A DNA stretch of 63,025 bases, counting the filler, from Trichomonas gallinae (lineage: Eukaryota), in the NCBI GenBank assembly GCA_008369845.1. It is 4 parts of 4 records of this genome, joined end to end, with 100 filler letters (N's around TTAATTAATTAA, not from the genome) between each part and the next. Parts side by side here need not be neighbours in the genome. Positions count along the whole stretch, not along the records: positions 24,224 to 53,047 come from MRSU01000207.1; positions 53,148 to 58,840 come from MRSU01000223.1; 2 more parts are not named here. The stretch is one strand, 5' to 3'. The notes beneath the pieces are model-generated. The model saw nothing but the letters and a program-made list of their open reading frames with translations. It did no database searches and was not told where the DNA came from. This document shows, piece after piece, positions 42,737-53,351 of the stretch. The translations under genes and the position numbers were made by a program. Each line of letters opens with the position of its first letter. The first letter of the stretch is position 1.

Positions 42737-45700
42737 TTAGAACCATGGTATTGATGCTGGTGGTTTGTCATCAGGGATTGTCGCAGCATCGATTAATCCC
42801 ATCATTGTTTCCATCCAATCTATTGCATCTTTTTCTGTCGAAACGGATAAATCTGGAAGAATCAGTTGTCTTGCTCTTGCAATTGCTGAATCAGACATCT
42901 CCTTCAGAACGCTCATTTCGAAAACGTTGAATGACTCCATGTAAAGAACGTGCAGCATCGGAACAAGCGTCGCGAGCGTTTCGCTGTATGTTGACATGAA
43001 ATGCGACATCGAAAGAGCGAGCTTTCCTTTATACTTCGGGCCGAGCAGCGAAGCGATAGTCGGGGACAACCTGAAGCATGAAACTGTCGGTGGATCACGA
43101 GGAATTGTGATGATAGAAGAAGAAAGAAGTGGAATTTCTCCGCTCTTCAGCAGCAAAACGATTTCATCCAGTTTTGGATAATTTGTACCTAAAAAGTGTC
43201 TGACTGCAGAAGATGAAGCTGCACCATTCAGCAAAGAGTTCTGCATCGCGTAGAAGTTCTTCTTTGTGAATCTCATCGACAGATATTTGAGTGCCCTGTC
43301 TGTTGGCAGTTTCTCGATGTTTTCTTGTGTCGCCTCCCAGTCGATTGTCTTTGTTCCGACTGATTCGTAGAACATGTTCGTCATATACTGTGGTGGCGTC
43401 ATGAAGAAAGTCGCCCTGTAGTTAGGTCCAATGCTCATCGAAATCGGCGATGAAAGTCTTTCTATGTTTGCGATGTTTATCGGTTTAACTTTCGCGAGTT
43501 GAACGAACGTCTGCAAAATGTTGACAGCTGCATTTAATGTCGAAACAATCTCAACTTTAGTAACAGCAATGAAGATCTTGCGCGTTTCGAAAAGAAGAGC
43601 TTGGAGAATGAAAGTATCTTGAGACGCTTTCTCTATGTCATGAGTGAATCTTCTGATGTATGTTTTCTCTCCGATGTGTTTCGAAAACCTGAAAAATCTG
43701 CTCCTTGAGTTTATCTGGCTCAAGTTGTCTTCAATGAACTGTTTCGTTTCTTCATATGGCTTCTGTGAAGGAACAAGCTCGTTAATTAGCTGGTTGACTG
43801 TCTTGTTTTTCACTGCCTCTTTGCATTTAGTCGCGAATTCAGCGAAATTGTCTGTCTTGAACCAATGATGGGTTTTGTGTATTGCCTGCTCGATAGAAGA
43901 CATCGGGACGTTCTTGAGGATGCTTTCGATGTCGATATTATTTATAGCTTCTTCAGACAAAACAGATGTTTCCATTATCAGAGATTTCATCCAGTTTTGG
44001 GATGAGTAAACTGTCCAGTCTACAGTAAACAGCGAATCAATGAACTCTTCGAATGCATTCAAGAATGCGATTGCTGGCTCCCTTAAGTAGTCATTGGAAA
44101 GCTTCGACTTCCTGAACATGTAGTATGAGTTGTAGAACTCTGGATTCTTTATTGCGTCCTCCAACGCATCTTTAACTAGCTTGTTTTCGAGCAAAGTCAT
44201 AAGCTGCGGAGACCAAAACATGAAGGCATCTCTCTTCTCGCGTGGAAGGTCACCAATCATTCTCGAAGAAATGGCAGCAGCATCCTTAAGTTGCTGGTCA
44301 TTCGATGCATATCCGTATCTTAAAAGCGAAATGACTTGGCCGGCGGCAGAATAAGCTGTTGGTGAATTAGGATTCGTTGTCTGTATTGTCGCTAATGCCG
44401 CGTCAGCTGCTGTCCTCAGGAATAGCATTGAGGGAGTGTTCATGAATATGTGATAAGTAGAAACCTGCCATGAAATTAATCCGTGGACAGAAACTTCCTT
44501 CTTCATCAGCATTGCTTGGAAATTCATTATCGAGTTTTCTATTCTCTCAATAGGAACTGCGATGTCATTGTATTTCAGCATTCCGGCGATATCCTTGAAG
44601 ATGAACTGAGAAATCAGTGGTAAAACCAAGCAGTCTCCCTGTGCTTCGACGAATGATCTCTGGTATTGAGGAGAAGATGGCGCGAATCCTAAATTGATCA
44701 AAAAGTTGAGATGTGGCAAATTGTTGAACATGTTGAATGCACTGTAGCTGAGATGCTCAGTGATTTTTCCATTCGCTGCGAAGTCGCTCGCAATTGACAC
44801 AAGATATTGTATCGACAATGACCTTAAGATCTGCCAGTACGTCAGCTGCGGTCTTGACTTGAAGTGTTGTATGTTCATCTTCCTTATAACAGAGATATCT
44901 CCTTGCAATGACTCTCCTGGCTGCGTTTTGATGACGCCTGAAAGTTTCTCGATTGCGTCGAGCATTATGTCTGGCGTGGAATCTGTTGGCCTTATCATGT
45001 GCGTGACTAAATCTGATTCAGCTGTAAAGAATGCTGCGATTTCTTTCATTTTGAGTAGTGACTTGTTTTCTGGTTCTTTTATCATCGAAAAAATCGCATT
45101 TGCTGTATTATAGTTTCTCAAGAAATAAGCGGCAGACGCTGCTGTTTCTTCAATGGAAACATTTCCGTACAAAGAAGCGAATAGGTTGCTGTTCTGTTCG
45201 TGTGGTAAAATAAGTGTCCTGTGGTCTGTATCTAAGTCGATATATTCCGATAAAATGCATTGAAGTGGTACAAATTTTGCCGCCATTCTGACCAACTCGA
45301 AAGGCAAAACTTCTGTAGTGTTGTGGTATGATGTGACGATTGCCTGGATTATAGAAGTGAACTGCTTGCCAGCATTGTTCTTATCTAAGGCTCTGCACAA
45401 TAATTTTCTCATCTGCTTGTTTGTCGACTCGCATAAAATGTGCGTGAATGCTTTTGTAGCAATTTGCGCTGATATATCATCCATTTCAGCACTCAAAGCA
45501 ACCAGTGTGTTCCAATGCTTGTCCTGTGGAAGTATAAGCAGGCTGATGAAAGGTAATGTAGAGTTGTCCCACATCTTTCCTGGAAGCATGTCAACCAAAG
45601 AGTTAAATCTCACTTTTTCGTCATCGCCTAAAATCGATATAATTGTATTTGCAGAATGAAGTCTTGTTGCGCAGTTTCCTCTGATTGCCTGGAACACCAA

Positions 45701-48700
45701 GAGTCTTACAGCGATGCTCGTTGTGTCGATCGAGGTCTCTTTCGTGAACTGAACCATTGCGGACAAAATTTTTTCGTAGACATTAAGATGAGTGCCGACT
45801 AAGAATTTGGAGATTGTCTTGATTAATTCATATCTGATGTTTGGATCAACCTTCGACGACGCAATGATTCTATGCGAACCCATGATCAACTGGTTAGGCA
45901 CCGATCTGAATAAACTCAAAATGTAGTCGCGCTGTGTTTCTGGCTTCAAGAAAGTGATTTTTTCGATTAACAAAGCAACAATGTCGGATATATACTGGCT
46001 GTTGTATCTCTTTGCGAGCTTGATAAGCGAATCCCTGGCTTCAACTAAGAACATGTACTGATTCTGATTGCTTTTAGCGACCTCTTCTATCAATATCCTC
46101 GCCTTGATGAAATATGTTCTGCATGGCGCGTAAGAGAAGAAATATGTTATTGCCTCTATGATGAGTTTGAAGTAGTTCATCTCGTTCGGTGGCAAGGAGA
46201 GAATGCACTGTGTCATTGTCTTGAAGAAGTTGTCTGTCGTCATGACTCTGTTGTTCCTCAAATTCTCATAAATGTCTTTGACGATTTTGAAGTTTTCTTG
46301 GGAAATTTTAAGCGGGCAATATCTCAGCATGCAGCATAATATGACGACCTGCACTGACTCAGTCAATGACTGGTCGACGATCTGCGGAATCATCTCTCTA
46401 ACAATTGATTCTGGGAATTCGCAGTTGATGGGCTTTTTCATCATATATTGGAGCGAGGAAATCATTATAGTTATAATTGCTTTGTTCAGCAGTTTGATCT
46501 TCGTCTTGTCTTTGTCTTTTATGTGGTAGCTGAGATAGTCGATAACGACAGGAGTGAATATATCTCGCTCTTCGTCAGAAAGATCGACAGTTGTGCAGAA
46601 TAATATTCCCTGCCAGAACAAATGATCTATTCTCGCGATGTTTTTCTCTTTGGCGGCCCAGTATGAATGAGCCAAGCTCGCTGCAGGAGAGAAAGGCATG
46701 TACTTGGAAAGAACAGGGAACTCTCTAAAGATCAGTGTTGAAGGATTCTCAGACTTTGATGTAAAACCGCAACAGTCGGAAATAAAAATGTGAAGAGCTT
46801 CAATGACATCTAAAGGTAAATTCTCAAGTTCCTTCTCGTTTGTTTTGATGAATTCGAATGAGAATCTCTTGTAAGGGTTCTCCAAGAAGGCACTGTTGAT
46901 AAATAAGTGTTTGAGGACATCATAAAGAAGTCTTTGTGGAATTGTTGTCTTTTTGGAATAAATAGTCAATGCCCTGATGCATTCGATTATGTTGTCTGGG
47001 TTAGATTTTGACATGATGACAGGAATGAAGCGCGCGAACATCGGGAATTTAGTTATAACTGGTACATCATTTTGCAGCATCAATCTTATGTTGTGGATAG
47101 ATACAAAATACATGTTTTCGTTGTCGAATTCAAAGTTTTGAAGTAAAATCGTCCAAGTCATTTCGACATTGAAACTGTTTGTTGACTTAATAGATGACGA
47201 AAGAAGAATGTCTATTATATGCGGGCTGTATCTCTCCATCATAGAGACGCACTGGAAGATGATGTTTTGGTACAATTCCTGGCTCTCTGGATCCTTCTTG
47301 AAGAAAATCGCCTGCTTGAAAAGCGAGCTCATGTCCGCGTGCTTGAATTCTGGGAACTTGAAGAGTTCAGCGAACGCGAAGATCTTGTCTATCTCTGGCA
47401 CAGTTTTGATGAGTTCGAGCTGAGCTTCAGCGAAAACTGACAAAATAACAAAAGAAAATTCGTTAGTTAATCTTGTGTCCGGATAAAGATCTAAAAGTTT
47501 GTGGAATATTTGGTCGACTTTCTTGACGAATACAATGTCTGCTTTGAATCTGTCTATTTTGACAAGCGACTGATAGATTCTTATGAATAAGAAAGGAATG
47601 TGAGAGAAATCAGGAGAAGGTGTCGCTATGTTCAAAAAGTCTTGGAAGAAAGAATTTGTGTTGTCGTTGATAATCAAGTATTCCATCAACTGCGATGCCC
47701 TTGGATTGGTGATGAATTTTGGCAAAAACAAAATGTTTGATACGTTTTGTGAAAACTTGACACTAAAGTTCAAGACTAGTTTGGCGAAAACCGACCAAAA
47801 CGGAATACTTTGTGAATTCATCAGCAGCAAAACTGACGAAACATAAGCTTCAATTCCCGTCCTCAAGTCCGATGATTTGTAGTCGTTTATTTCGGCCATC
47901 AAAAGGTCTTGAGCGCCAGGAACATTCAGCCATTCTTCTGACGACAAAACTTTGAAGCACTTTATGATTTCGTCGAACGACGGTTTTTGTGTGCTTTGGT
48001 CATCTTCGGCGAATAGTTTGATTTTCGTGACTAAATTCTTGACGTGTTGTGGATTGCAGACTTGTGGAATTGTTCTCACATAGTAGAAGAACTGCTGCTC
48101 GTTGTTAGCTTGCTGCTTCAAGTAGCTTTGTACTGTTGGATCGTTGGGATACCTAAGATATAAGTTGTAAGTAGATCTACTAAGCATTTCCTCCACGATC
48201 TGCCAATAAGGTGTTCTAACGAAGTAGAAGAACTGCTGCTCGTTGTTAGCTTGCTGCTTCATGTATCCTTGTACATTTGGATCGTTCTGAGAAGTTTGTT
48301 GAAGTTGCCTGGCTCTGTTGTTGAAGCTGCCTGGATCTTTTGTTGAAGCTGCCTGAATCTTTTGTTGAAGCTGCCTGAATCTGTGTATCAATGAGCCGAC
48401 AATTTTACTCTCTTGGAATATCATCTCCGTGTAGGTCTGGTTCTCGAGAATCGCGTCAGTTAAGATGAATGTCAAAATTTGCTTCTCTAGTTGGTCATTT
48501 TGAGACATTATTATTGTCATGAACTTCTGTATCTCTTGTATTATTTCTGTTGGTAGGTTTCCGAGGCTGGTTCCGCATGTAAAAATTAATGTGAATCTAA
48601 TCGCTAAAGTGAAGTAGTCGTGGCCTGGAACGGTTGTAGAAAGCAATGGACTGTCAAGAATGATTGGAGTCTTCAGTTTTTTGAGTCTTTGGATGAATTT

Positions 48701-51700
48701 TTGCAAAATTTTTATATTATTTGGCCGCCATGTCTTGCAGTCGTAGATGGCCATTACATAGTCCTGCTTGCCTTGTGCATCAAGTGAAGCCTCATAAACA
48801 TTCAAAAAGTTGGAAAATGCGTCGAGATCTGTGTCATCAACTGATCTGACGTATAATTGGAGTTCTAAGCGTTTTGGAGGCAAGGCTGCTGGACAATATT
48901 TCGTGATAAACGTGAATGCGATGCAATGAATCATAAACCATTTGTCATTAAACACTAATTCGTAAATTTGGTCAACAACTTGGCCCATGATGGAAACTTC
49001 ATAACCAATTGCTTGGCATTTGGCTAAAAATCTGTGAATAACGAGTTCCATGAAATCAGAAGCCTTAGATTCTTGAGATCCGCAAACAATAAAAAGATTT
49101 AAGAGATAATTCGTTGAATAACCGGAACAGAATGGACCAACGAAAAACTCGTTCATTTGGTCCATGAATGTTAGCGCTTTTCCGCTTAATCTCGAAAATT
49201 TTGCAATATAATTTGCAACGAAGAGAATTTGCTTAACTGCTTCGTTCAACTTCTTCGCGTTGTTGTAAAATTCGACTTTGATGAAATCAAATATCAAAAC
49301 TAACAAAGCTAAAAGATGCGCGGCTTCTTCATCGTCTTCCTTTAAGTGATGGAAAATGGAAGTGATAAACTTTGCAATATCTGTACCCCCTGGTTCGAAT
49401 ATTAGACCGATTTCTTCAAAATTCTTCTTCGGAACTGGAGATAAAACTGATGAAGGATGATTTTGCATGCATTTCATCATTTCAGTGTAGTCATCCGGAT
49501 TGCAGTACGGCATAGCTGAATACCACTTAGAAATTAAAGACTTTAATGAATCTGATTCGAGATCTGATTTTAACTTCGGATTCTTGACAATTTGTGAAAG
49601 TATTGGTGATACTAAGCTTATAAGCTTCCTTTCATTTGATAGCAAACACATTTCAAGCAACTGTGCATGAAATGGAAGAAAATTCTGTATTCTGTCAAGC
49701 GTAAAATATATATCTAATAATCTATTTTGTATGTATGATAGATGACCTTTGAGTGCATCGATGACTTTAACCAAAAAACCTGTATCGTAGTTGACTTCAA
49801 TTTTCATTGTGTCTTTGTTTGCGATTTTGAGCATAACTTTGAGTAATTTGAGCACTGAAAGTGGATTTGAAATGAGTGTGATGCTTGAAAACGTCTTAAT
49901 TATTAAAGGAGATTTGTAAAAGTGAATTAAACTGTATAAACTTTGCGTTGAGTTGTCGATTTTGATACATAATCTGATGACGAAGAACATCCAGTCTGTT
50001 ACTGTGCTAGAAACTTCGAAATTCGGCGATAATAATTTCGAAAAATTTTGGAGGCCCAAATAAACCATTTGGCGTGTAATAGTGCGGAATAGACGTGGAT
50101 TTCCTGGTGCTGCATCGGCAAAAGTCTGGATAAGTTCAGCCGTTGCTTGATGATTTTCAACTGCTTCGTAGAGAACTTTGCTGATGATTTCTGCTGTAAC
50201 ATTTTCGAAGGTTGCTGGTAAATCCTTCAAAAATGTCGTAATTGAATTGAATAAAGACGGGAAAAATGTTAAATTCGCTAATGATGAGTTATTTGTTTGA
50301 CGATCTGCATAACGCTTCTGTTCAGTGATTTTGTATGTAAGTGCTACGAGTAATTTCGTCGAATATTCGACGAATTCGCGAACTCCGAAGAAAATTGTTG
50401 AATTTGTTGAAGTTTCGGGATCTGGTTGATTTCCGTTCTTTGTAATGATATCGAGTGTATTGACAACACCGAGAGAAACAGGTGCTTCAAGTGCGAAGCC
50501 GATTTGTTCGAATTTTGTCGTGCATTGAGTAATAATTTTGTCTCCAGCCTCTTGTGTTGTTACAATTGCTGGATTAACGATTGTATATATGCATTTGTCG
50601 ATTTCGTTGATTAGTGCCATAGATAAGTCTTGTCCTGTCTTAAAATCGCCGAGTTTTTGATCTTTGAAGTATAATTTCTTAGAAACTGGAGTTTCTGGGC
50701 TCGAAACGAGCATAGGTAACTGTACATTCATTAATTTCATTGTCTGATGGCGAATTGCTGAAATAATCCCTTGCAAAAAATATGGATAATACGAATTTGT
50801 TTGGAATTTTCTGTATAAGTTGTTAAATAATTTAGATATATCTGGAATGTCCATCTCTACGCGCATCTTTTTGATCATTCTCAAGCCGTAATCGATGAAA
50901 CACATAACTCTGCCTTGATGAGTGGGATTTTTCTCTCCGTCGATAGTCTCGAAGAAGTAAAACACCTCCCTCCACTTAAATTGTTGGGAAATTTCCGTAT
51001 ATTTTTGGTATGTAGCATTTTCGAATAATTTCGTGATTTTTTCTCGCGTTTGGATATTTTCTGGTGACATTGGGAGTTGAGGATCTTTCGGATCTCTCTG
51101 GTTGTCCGATGATTTCCTCCAATGCTTGAAAAATCGATCAATAATGAAACTTGGAGAAATTTCTGATGTGAAAAACTTCCTAATTACCGCAGATGTAGGT
51201 ATGCAGTGCTCTATAGTGTACTGGAATATCGTGAAATCGGAATAAGTCAGTTTTGAAATATCAACTTGTAAAAAAGATTCAATGCATCTGTGGATCAAAG
51301 AATTCTTCAAAAAAGAGAGGACATTCTTAACATCAGTTGCGGAGTTGTGGGAGTAAAAAGGAAGCTGTTGTTGCGAATTTAATAATCGTTGCAAATAATC
51401 AAAGAAGAATTTCGTTAAATCATCGCCGTAATTCTTTGTTTCGCGAGTAAATGTGCAGCAATAACAGAAGCAGTTGAATAAAGGCCCGTATTTTGTTAAT
51501 AATGGCGACGAATTTAAAGGAAAATCAGAGCCAATGAGCTGAGCAAATGCGAGATATACGATGAATTTCACTTTATCCCATTCCAATTGATCGAAATTCG
51601 ATGGTTTCTCTTCGAACTCAGCAAATATCGATTTATAGACAATGGCCGGATCATTTCGCCGCAACATTAGCTCCAGCTGCTTGTTGCGGAGGTACGTGAT

Positions 51701-51763
51701 TCCCTCAAGGATCATCGCCTGGTCCTTGCTCGATAAAAGCTCTTTAATTGATGCATTTTTCAT
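42737..51763 (-). CDS. TRRAP/Tra1-like PIKK pseudokinase (highly divergent)
   Basis: 3008 aa; long HEAT/FAT-like solenoid; CFRLSPTI resembles PIKK PFRLTP; FATC-like end LIDAAT…IPWF; no DRH/DFG. Confidence 0.7.
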   Translation of the reverse strand: MKNASIKELLSSKDQAMILEGITYLRNKQLELMLRRNDPAIVYKSIFAEFEEKPSNFDQLEWDKVKFIVYLAFAQLIGSDFPLNSSPLLTKYGPLFNCFCYCCTFTRETKNYGDDLTKFFFDYLQRLLNSQQQLPFYSHNSATDVKNVLSFLKNSLIHRCIESFLQVDISKLTYSDFTIFQYTIEHCIPTSAVIRKFFTSEISPSFIIDRFFKHWRKSSDNQRDPKDPQLPMSPENIQTREKITKLFENATYQKYTEISQQFKWREVFYFFETIDGEKNPTHQGRVMCFIDYGLRMIKKMRVEMDIPDISKLFNNLYRKFQTNSYYPYFLQGIISAIRHQTMKLMNVQLPMLVSSPETPVSKKLYFKDQKLGDFKTGQDLSMALINEIDKCIYTIVNPAIVTTQEAGDKIITQCTTKFEQIGFALEAPVSLGVVNTLDIITKNGNQPDPETSTNSTIFFGVREFVEYSTKLLVALTYKITEQKRYADRQTNNSSLANLTFFPSLFNSITTFLKDLPATFENVTAEIISKVLYEAVENHQATAELIQTFADAAPGNPRLFRTITRQMVYLGLQNFSKLLSPNFEVSSTVTDWMFFVIRLCIKIDNSTQSLYSLIHFYKSPLIIKTFSSITLISNPLSVLKLLKVMLKIANKDTMKIEVNYDTGFLVKVIDALKGHLSYIQNRLLDIYFTLDRIQNFLPFHAQLLEMCLLSNERKLISLVSPILSQIVKNPKLKSDLESDSLKSLISKWYSAMPYCNPDDYTEMMKCMQNHPSSVLSPVPKKNFEEIGLIFEPGGTDIAKFITSIFHHLKEDDEEAAHLLALLVLIFDFIKVEFYNNAKKLNEAVKQILFVANYIAKFSRLSGKALTFMDQMNEFFVGPFCSGYSTNYLLNLFIVCGSQESKASDFMELVIHRFLAKCQAIGYEVSIMGQVVDQIYELVFNDKWFMIHCIAFTFITKYCPAALPPKRLELQLYVRSVDDTDLDAFSNFLNVYEASLDAQGKQDYVMAIYDCKTWRPNNIKILQKFIQRLKKLKTPIILDSPLLSTTVPGHDYFTLAIRFTLIFTCGTSLGNLPTEIIQEIQKFMTIIMSQNDQLEKQILTFILTDAILENQTYTEMIFQESKIVGSLIHRFRQLQQKIQAASTKDPGSFNNRARQLQQTSQNDPNVQGYMKQQANNEQQFFYFVRTPYWQIVEEMLSRSTYNLYLRYPNDPTVQSYLKQQANNEQQFFYYVRTIPQVCNPQHVKNLVTKIKLFAEDDQSTQKPSFDEIIKCFKVLSSEEWLNVPGAQDLLMAEINDYKSSDLRTGIEAYVSSVLLLMNSQSIPFWSVFAKLVLNFSVKFSQNVSNILFLPKFITNPRASQLMEYLIINDNTNSFFQDFLNIATPSPDFSHIPFLFIRIYQSLVKIDRFKADIVFVKKVDQIFHKLLDLYPDTRLTNEFSFVILSVFAEAQLELIKTVPEIDKIFAFAELFKFPEFKHADMSSLFKQAIFFKKDPESQELYQNIIFQCVSMMERYSPHIIDILLSSSIKSTNSFNVEMTWTILLQNFEFDNENMYFVSIHNIRLMLQNDVPVITKFPMFARFIPVIMSKSNPDNIIECIRALTIYSKKTTIPQRLLYDVLKHLFINSAFLENPYKRFSFEFIKTNEKELENLPLDVIEALHIFISDCCGFTSKSENPSTLIFREFPVLSKYMPFSPAASLAHSYWAAKEKNIARIDHLFWQGILFCTTVDLSDEERDIFTPVVIDYLSYHIKDKDKTKIKLLNKAIITIMISSLQYMMKKPINCEFPESIVREMIPQIVDQSLTESVQVVILCCMLRYCPLKISQENFKIVKDIYENLRNNRVMTTDNFFKTMTQCILSLPPNEMNYFKLIIEAITYFFSYAPCRTYFIKARILIEEVAKSNQNQYMFLVEARDSLIKLAKRYNSQYISDIVALLIEKITFLKPETQRDYILSLFRSVPNQLIMGSHRIIASSKVDPNIRYELIKTISKFLVGTHLNVYEKILSAMVQFTKETSIDTTSIAVRLLVFQAIRGNCATRLHSANTIISILGDDEKVRFNSLVDMLPGKMWDNSTLPFISLLILPQDKHWNTLVALSAEMDDISAQIATKAFTHILCESTNKQMRKLLCRALDKNNAGKQFTSIIQAIVTSYHNTTEVLPFELVRMAAKFVPLQCILSEYIDLDTDHRTLILPHEQNSNLFASLYGNVSIEETAASAAYFLRNYNTANAIFSMIKEPENKSLLKMKEIAAFFTAESDLVTHMIRPTDSTPDIMLDAIEKLSGVIKTQPGESLQGDISVIRKMNIQHFKSRPQLTYWQILRSLSIQYLVSIASDFAANGKITEHLSYSAFNMFNNLPHLNFLINLGFAPSSPQYQRSFVEAQGDCLVLPLISQFIFKDIAGMLKYNDIAVPIERIENSIMNFQAMLMKKEVSVHGLISWQVSTYHIFMNTPSMLFLRTAADAALATIQTTNPNSPTAYSAAGQVISLLRYGYASNDQQLKDAAAISSRMIGDLPREKRDAFMFWSPQLMTLLENKLVKDALEDAIKNPEFYNSYYMFRKSKLSNDYLREPAIAFLNAFEEFIDSLFTVDWTVYSSQNWMKSLIMETSVLSEEAINNIDIESILKNVPMSSIEQAIHKTHHWFKTDNFAEFATKCKEAVKNKTVNQLINELVPSQKPYEETKQFIEDNLSQINSRSRFFRFSKHIGEKTYIRRFTHDIEKASQDTFILQALLFETRKIFIAVTKVEIVSTLNAAVNILQTFVQLAKVKPINIANIERLSSPISMSIGPNYRATFFMTPPQYMTNMFYESVGTKTIDWEATQENIEKLPTDRALKYLSMRFTKKNFYAMQNSLLNGAASSSAVRHFLGTNYPKLDEIVLLLKSGEIPLLSSSIITIPRDPPTVSCFRLSPTIASLLGPKYKGKLALSMSHFMSTYSETLATLVPMLHVLYMESFNVFEMSVLKEMSDSAIARARQLILPDLSVSTEKDAIDWMETMMGLIDAATIPDDKPPASIPWF
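48072..48286 (-). repeat. intragenic 74-bp duplication (141-nt offset)
   Basis: 48072-48145 and 48213-48286 encode NDPTVQSYLKQQANNEQQFFYYVR and NDPNVQGYMKQQANNEQQFFYFVR. Confidence 0.95.
48296..48382 (-). repeat. 22-nt x4 coding tandem repeat
   Basis: TGTTGAAGYTGCCTG starts at 48297, 48319, 48341 and 48363. Confidence 0.95.
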
Positions 51764-52518
51764 TGATTTTTTTTGTTCAACAAAATAATTATTTTTCTGT
51801 TTAAATCAAATAAATAGCATATTTATCACATACTTCTCGCTAAATTTTGTGTTTTATCCAATAAAACCAAATATTTGAAATGTTTTCAAAAATATCAAAT
51901 TCAAGTGCTGTAAATCATATAATACATATTAAATCGTCTAAATATTAATATATCTTAGCAATCATTCGAATTTCATAACAATATTATCATTATCGAAATT
52001 TGTTTTAATTTAATGATCAATATTGACTGTATTACAATTTTCTGACAGTATATATAATTATCCTATTTCTTATTTTGCAATTTTTCTATATCTTCAGATT
52101 GAATTTAATTAAATGTCTTGGATCTGAAAATATATAATTGGTCATATCAAATTGTTTAAATAATAGTCGAAAAACTTCCAAACAATTATTAAAAATCTAA
52201 TTATTGCAATGTTCATCAATTGGGTGTTCAAAAAGGTATACTTCATTCATAGCAACACATTATATGAAATAAAATTGAAATTAATAGTATTGTATCAAAA
52301 ACTATGTAACAACTGATCTTTAGATAACTTATCGCTCCATTGCCTTGATTTCCAAATTTGACTAATCATTCATGAATGTTGTTGATTGTTTAAATAGTCA
52401 ATTAAGACTAAATAGATTCTCATTGAGATTATAAAAATTATATTGTAATGAACTCTTTAATGTGGATATTATTATTCCTTTATATATTTAATTGCTACAT
52501 ATCAAATATATAATGAAA

Positions 52519-53047
52519 TTAAACTTTTAATGCTTGGTGCATAATATTAAATATACTTGCAACTAATGAACCTTGCAGTAGTTTTGGCTTATGTGTAGTT
52601 TGTTTATTTTCGTATGAAAGCTTGCAAACATCTCCATAAAGAGTGAAACCATCTTTGCAGCTTGTGCATTTAGTAGCCGAATCTATACAGTTTAGGCAAG
52701 TATCACTACAAAAGCGGCAGACTCCATTCAGACTGAAATAAGATGGAGCGCATGATTCTTTGCATTGATTTCCTTGAAGAACTTGATCTGAGTGACAACT
52801 TGTGCAGTTGTCTGATGACAATGAGCATGTGTAGCAACTGCTACTACACTCTTGGCATAAACCGTTGAGATTATAATATCCTATATTGCATGTTGTCTGG
52901 CACTGATTGCCTTGAAGAACTTTATTTGATGGGCAGCTCGTGCATTTGTCTGATGATTCTGAGCATGTCGCACAATCAGAACTGCACGATTTACAAATTC
53001 CATCTTCATTAAAGAAGCCAGAATCACATGATTCTTTGCATTGATTC
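52519..53047 (-). CDS. furin-like/CXXC cysteine-rich repeat protein, 5' part lost in gap
   Basis: Frame stays open from the gap edge (NQCKESCDSGFFNEDGICKSCSSDCATC…) through repeated CxxCxxxCxxC units to TAA 52519. Confidence 0.85.
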
Positions 53048-53147
53048 NNNNNNNNNNNNNNNNNNNNNNNNNNNNNNNNNNNNNNNNNNNNTTAATTAAT
53101 TAANNNNNNNNNNNNNNNNNNNNNNNNNNNNNNNNNNNNNNNNNNNN
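53048..53147. other. artificial contig linker
   Basis: N44-TTAATTAATTAA-N44. Confidence 0.97.
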
Positions 53148-53351
53148 AAAATGTGTGGACCAAAAGACTTAAGTTTCTTCAATCGAGCATTTTTGCGAAA
53201 TAACGGAAAAATATTTGATGGCCCTTTAAAATTCAAATCATTGAATTTAAATTTCAAAATTAAATCTTGTTATATAGAAATATCATAGTATTCAATACTA
53301 TATGTGCTAAAAGTTACTTATGTGAAATAATAAATAAACAATTTTACGAAA

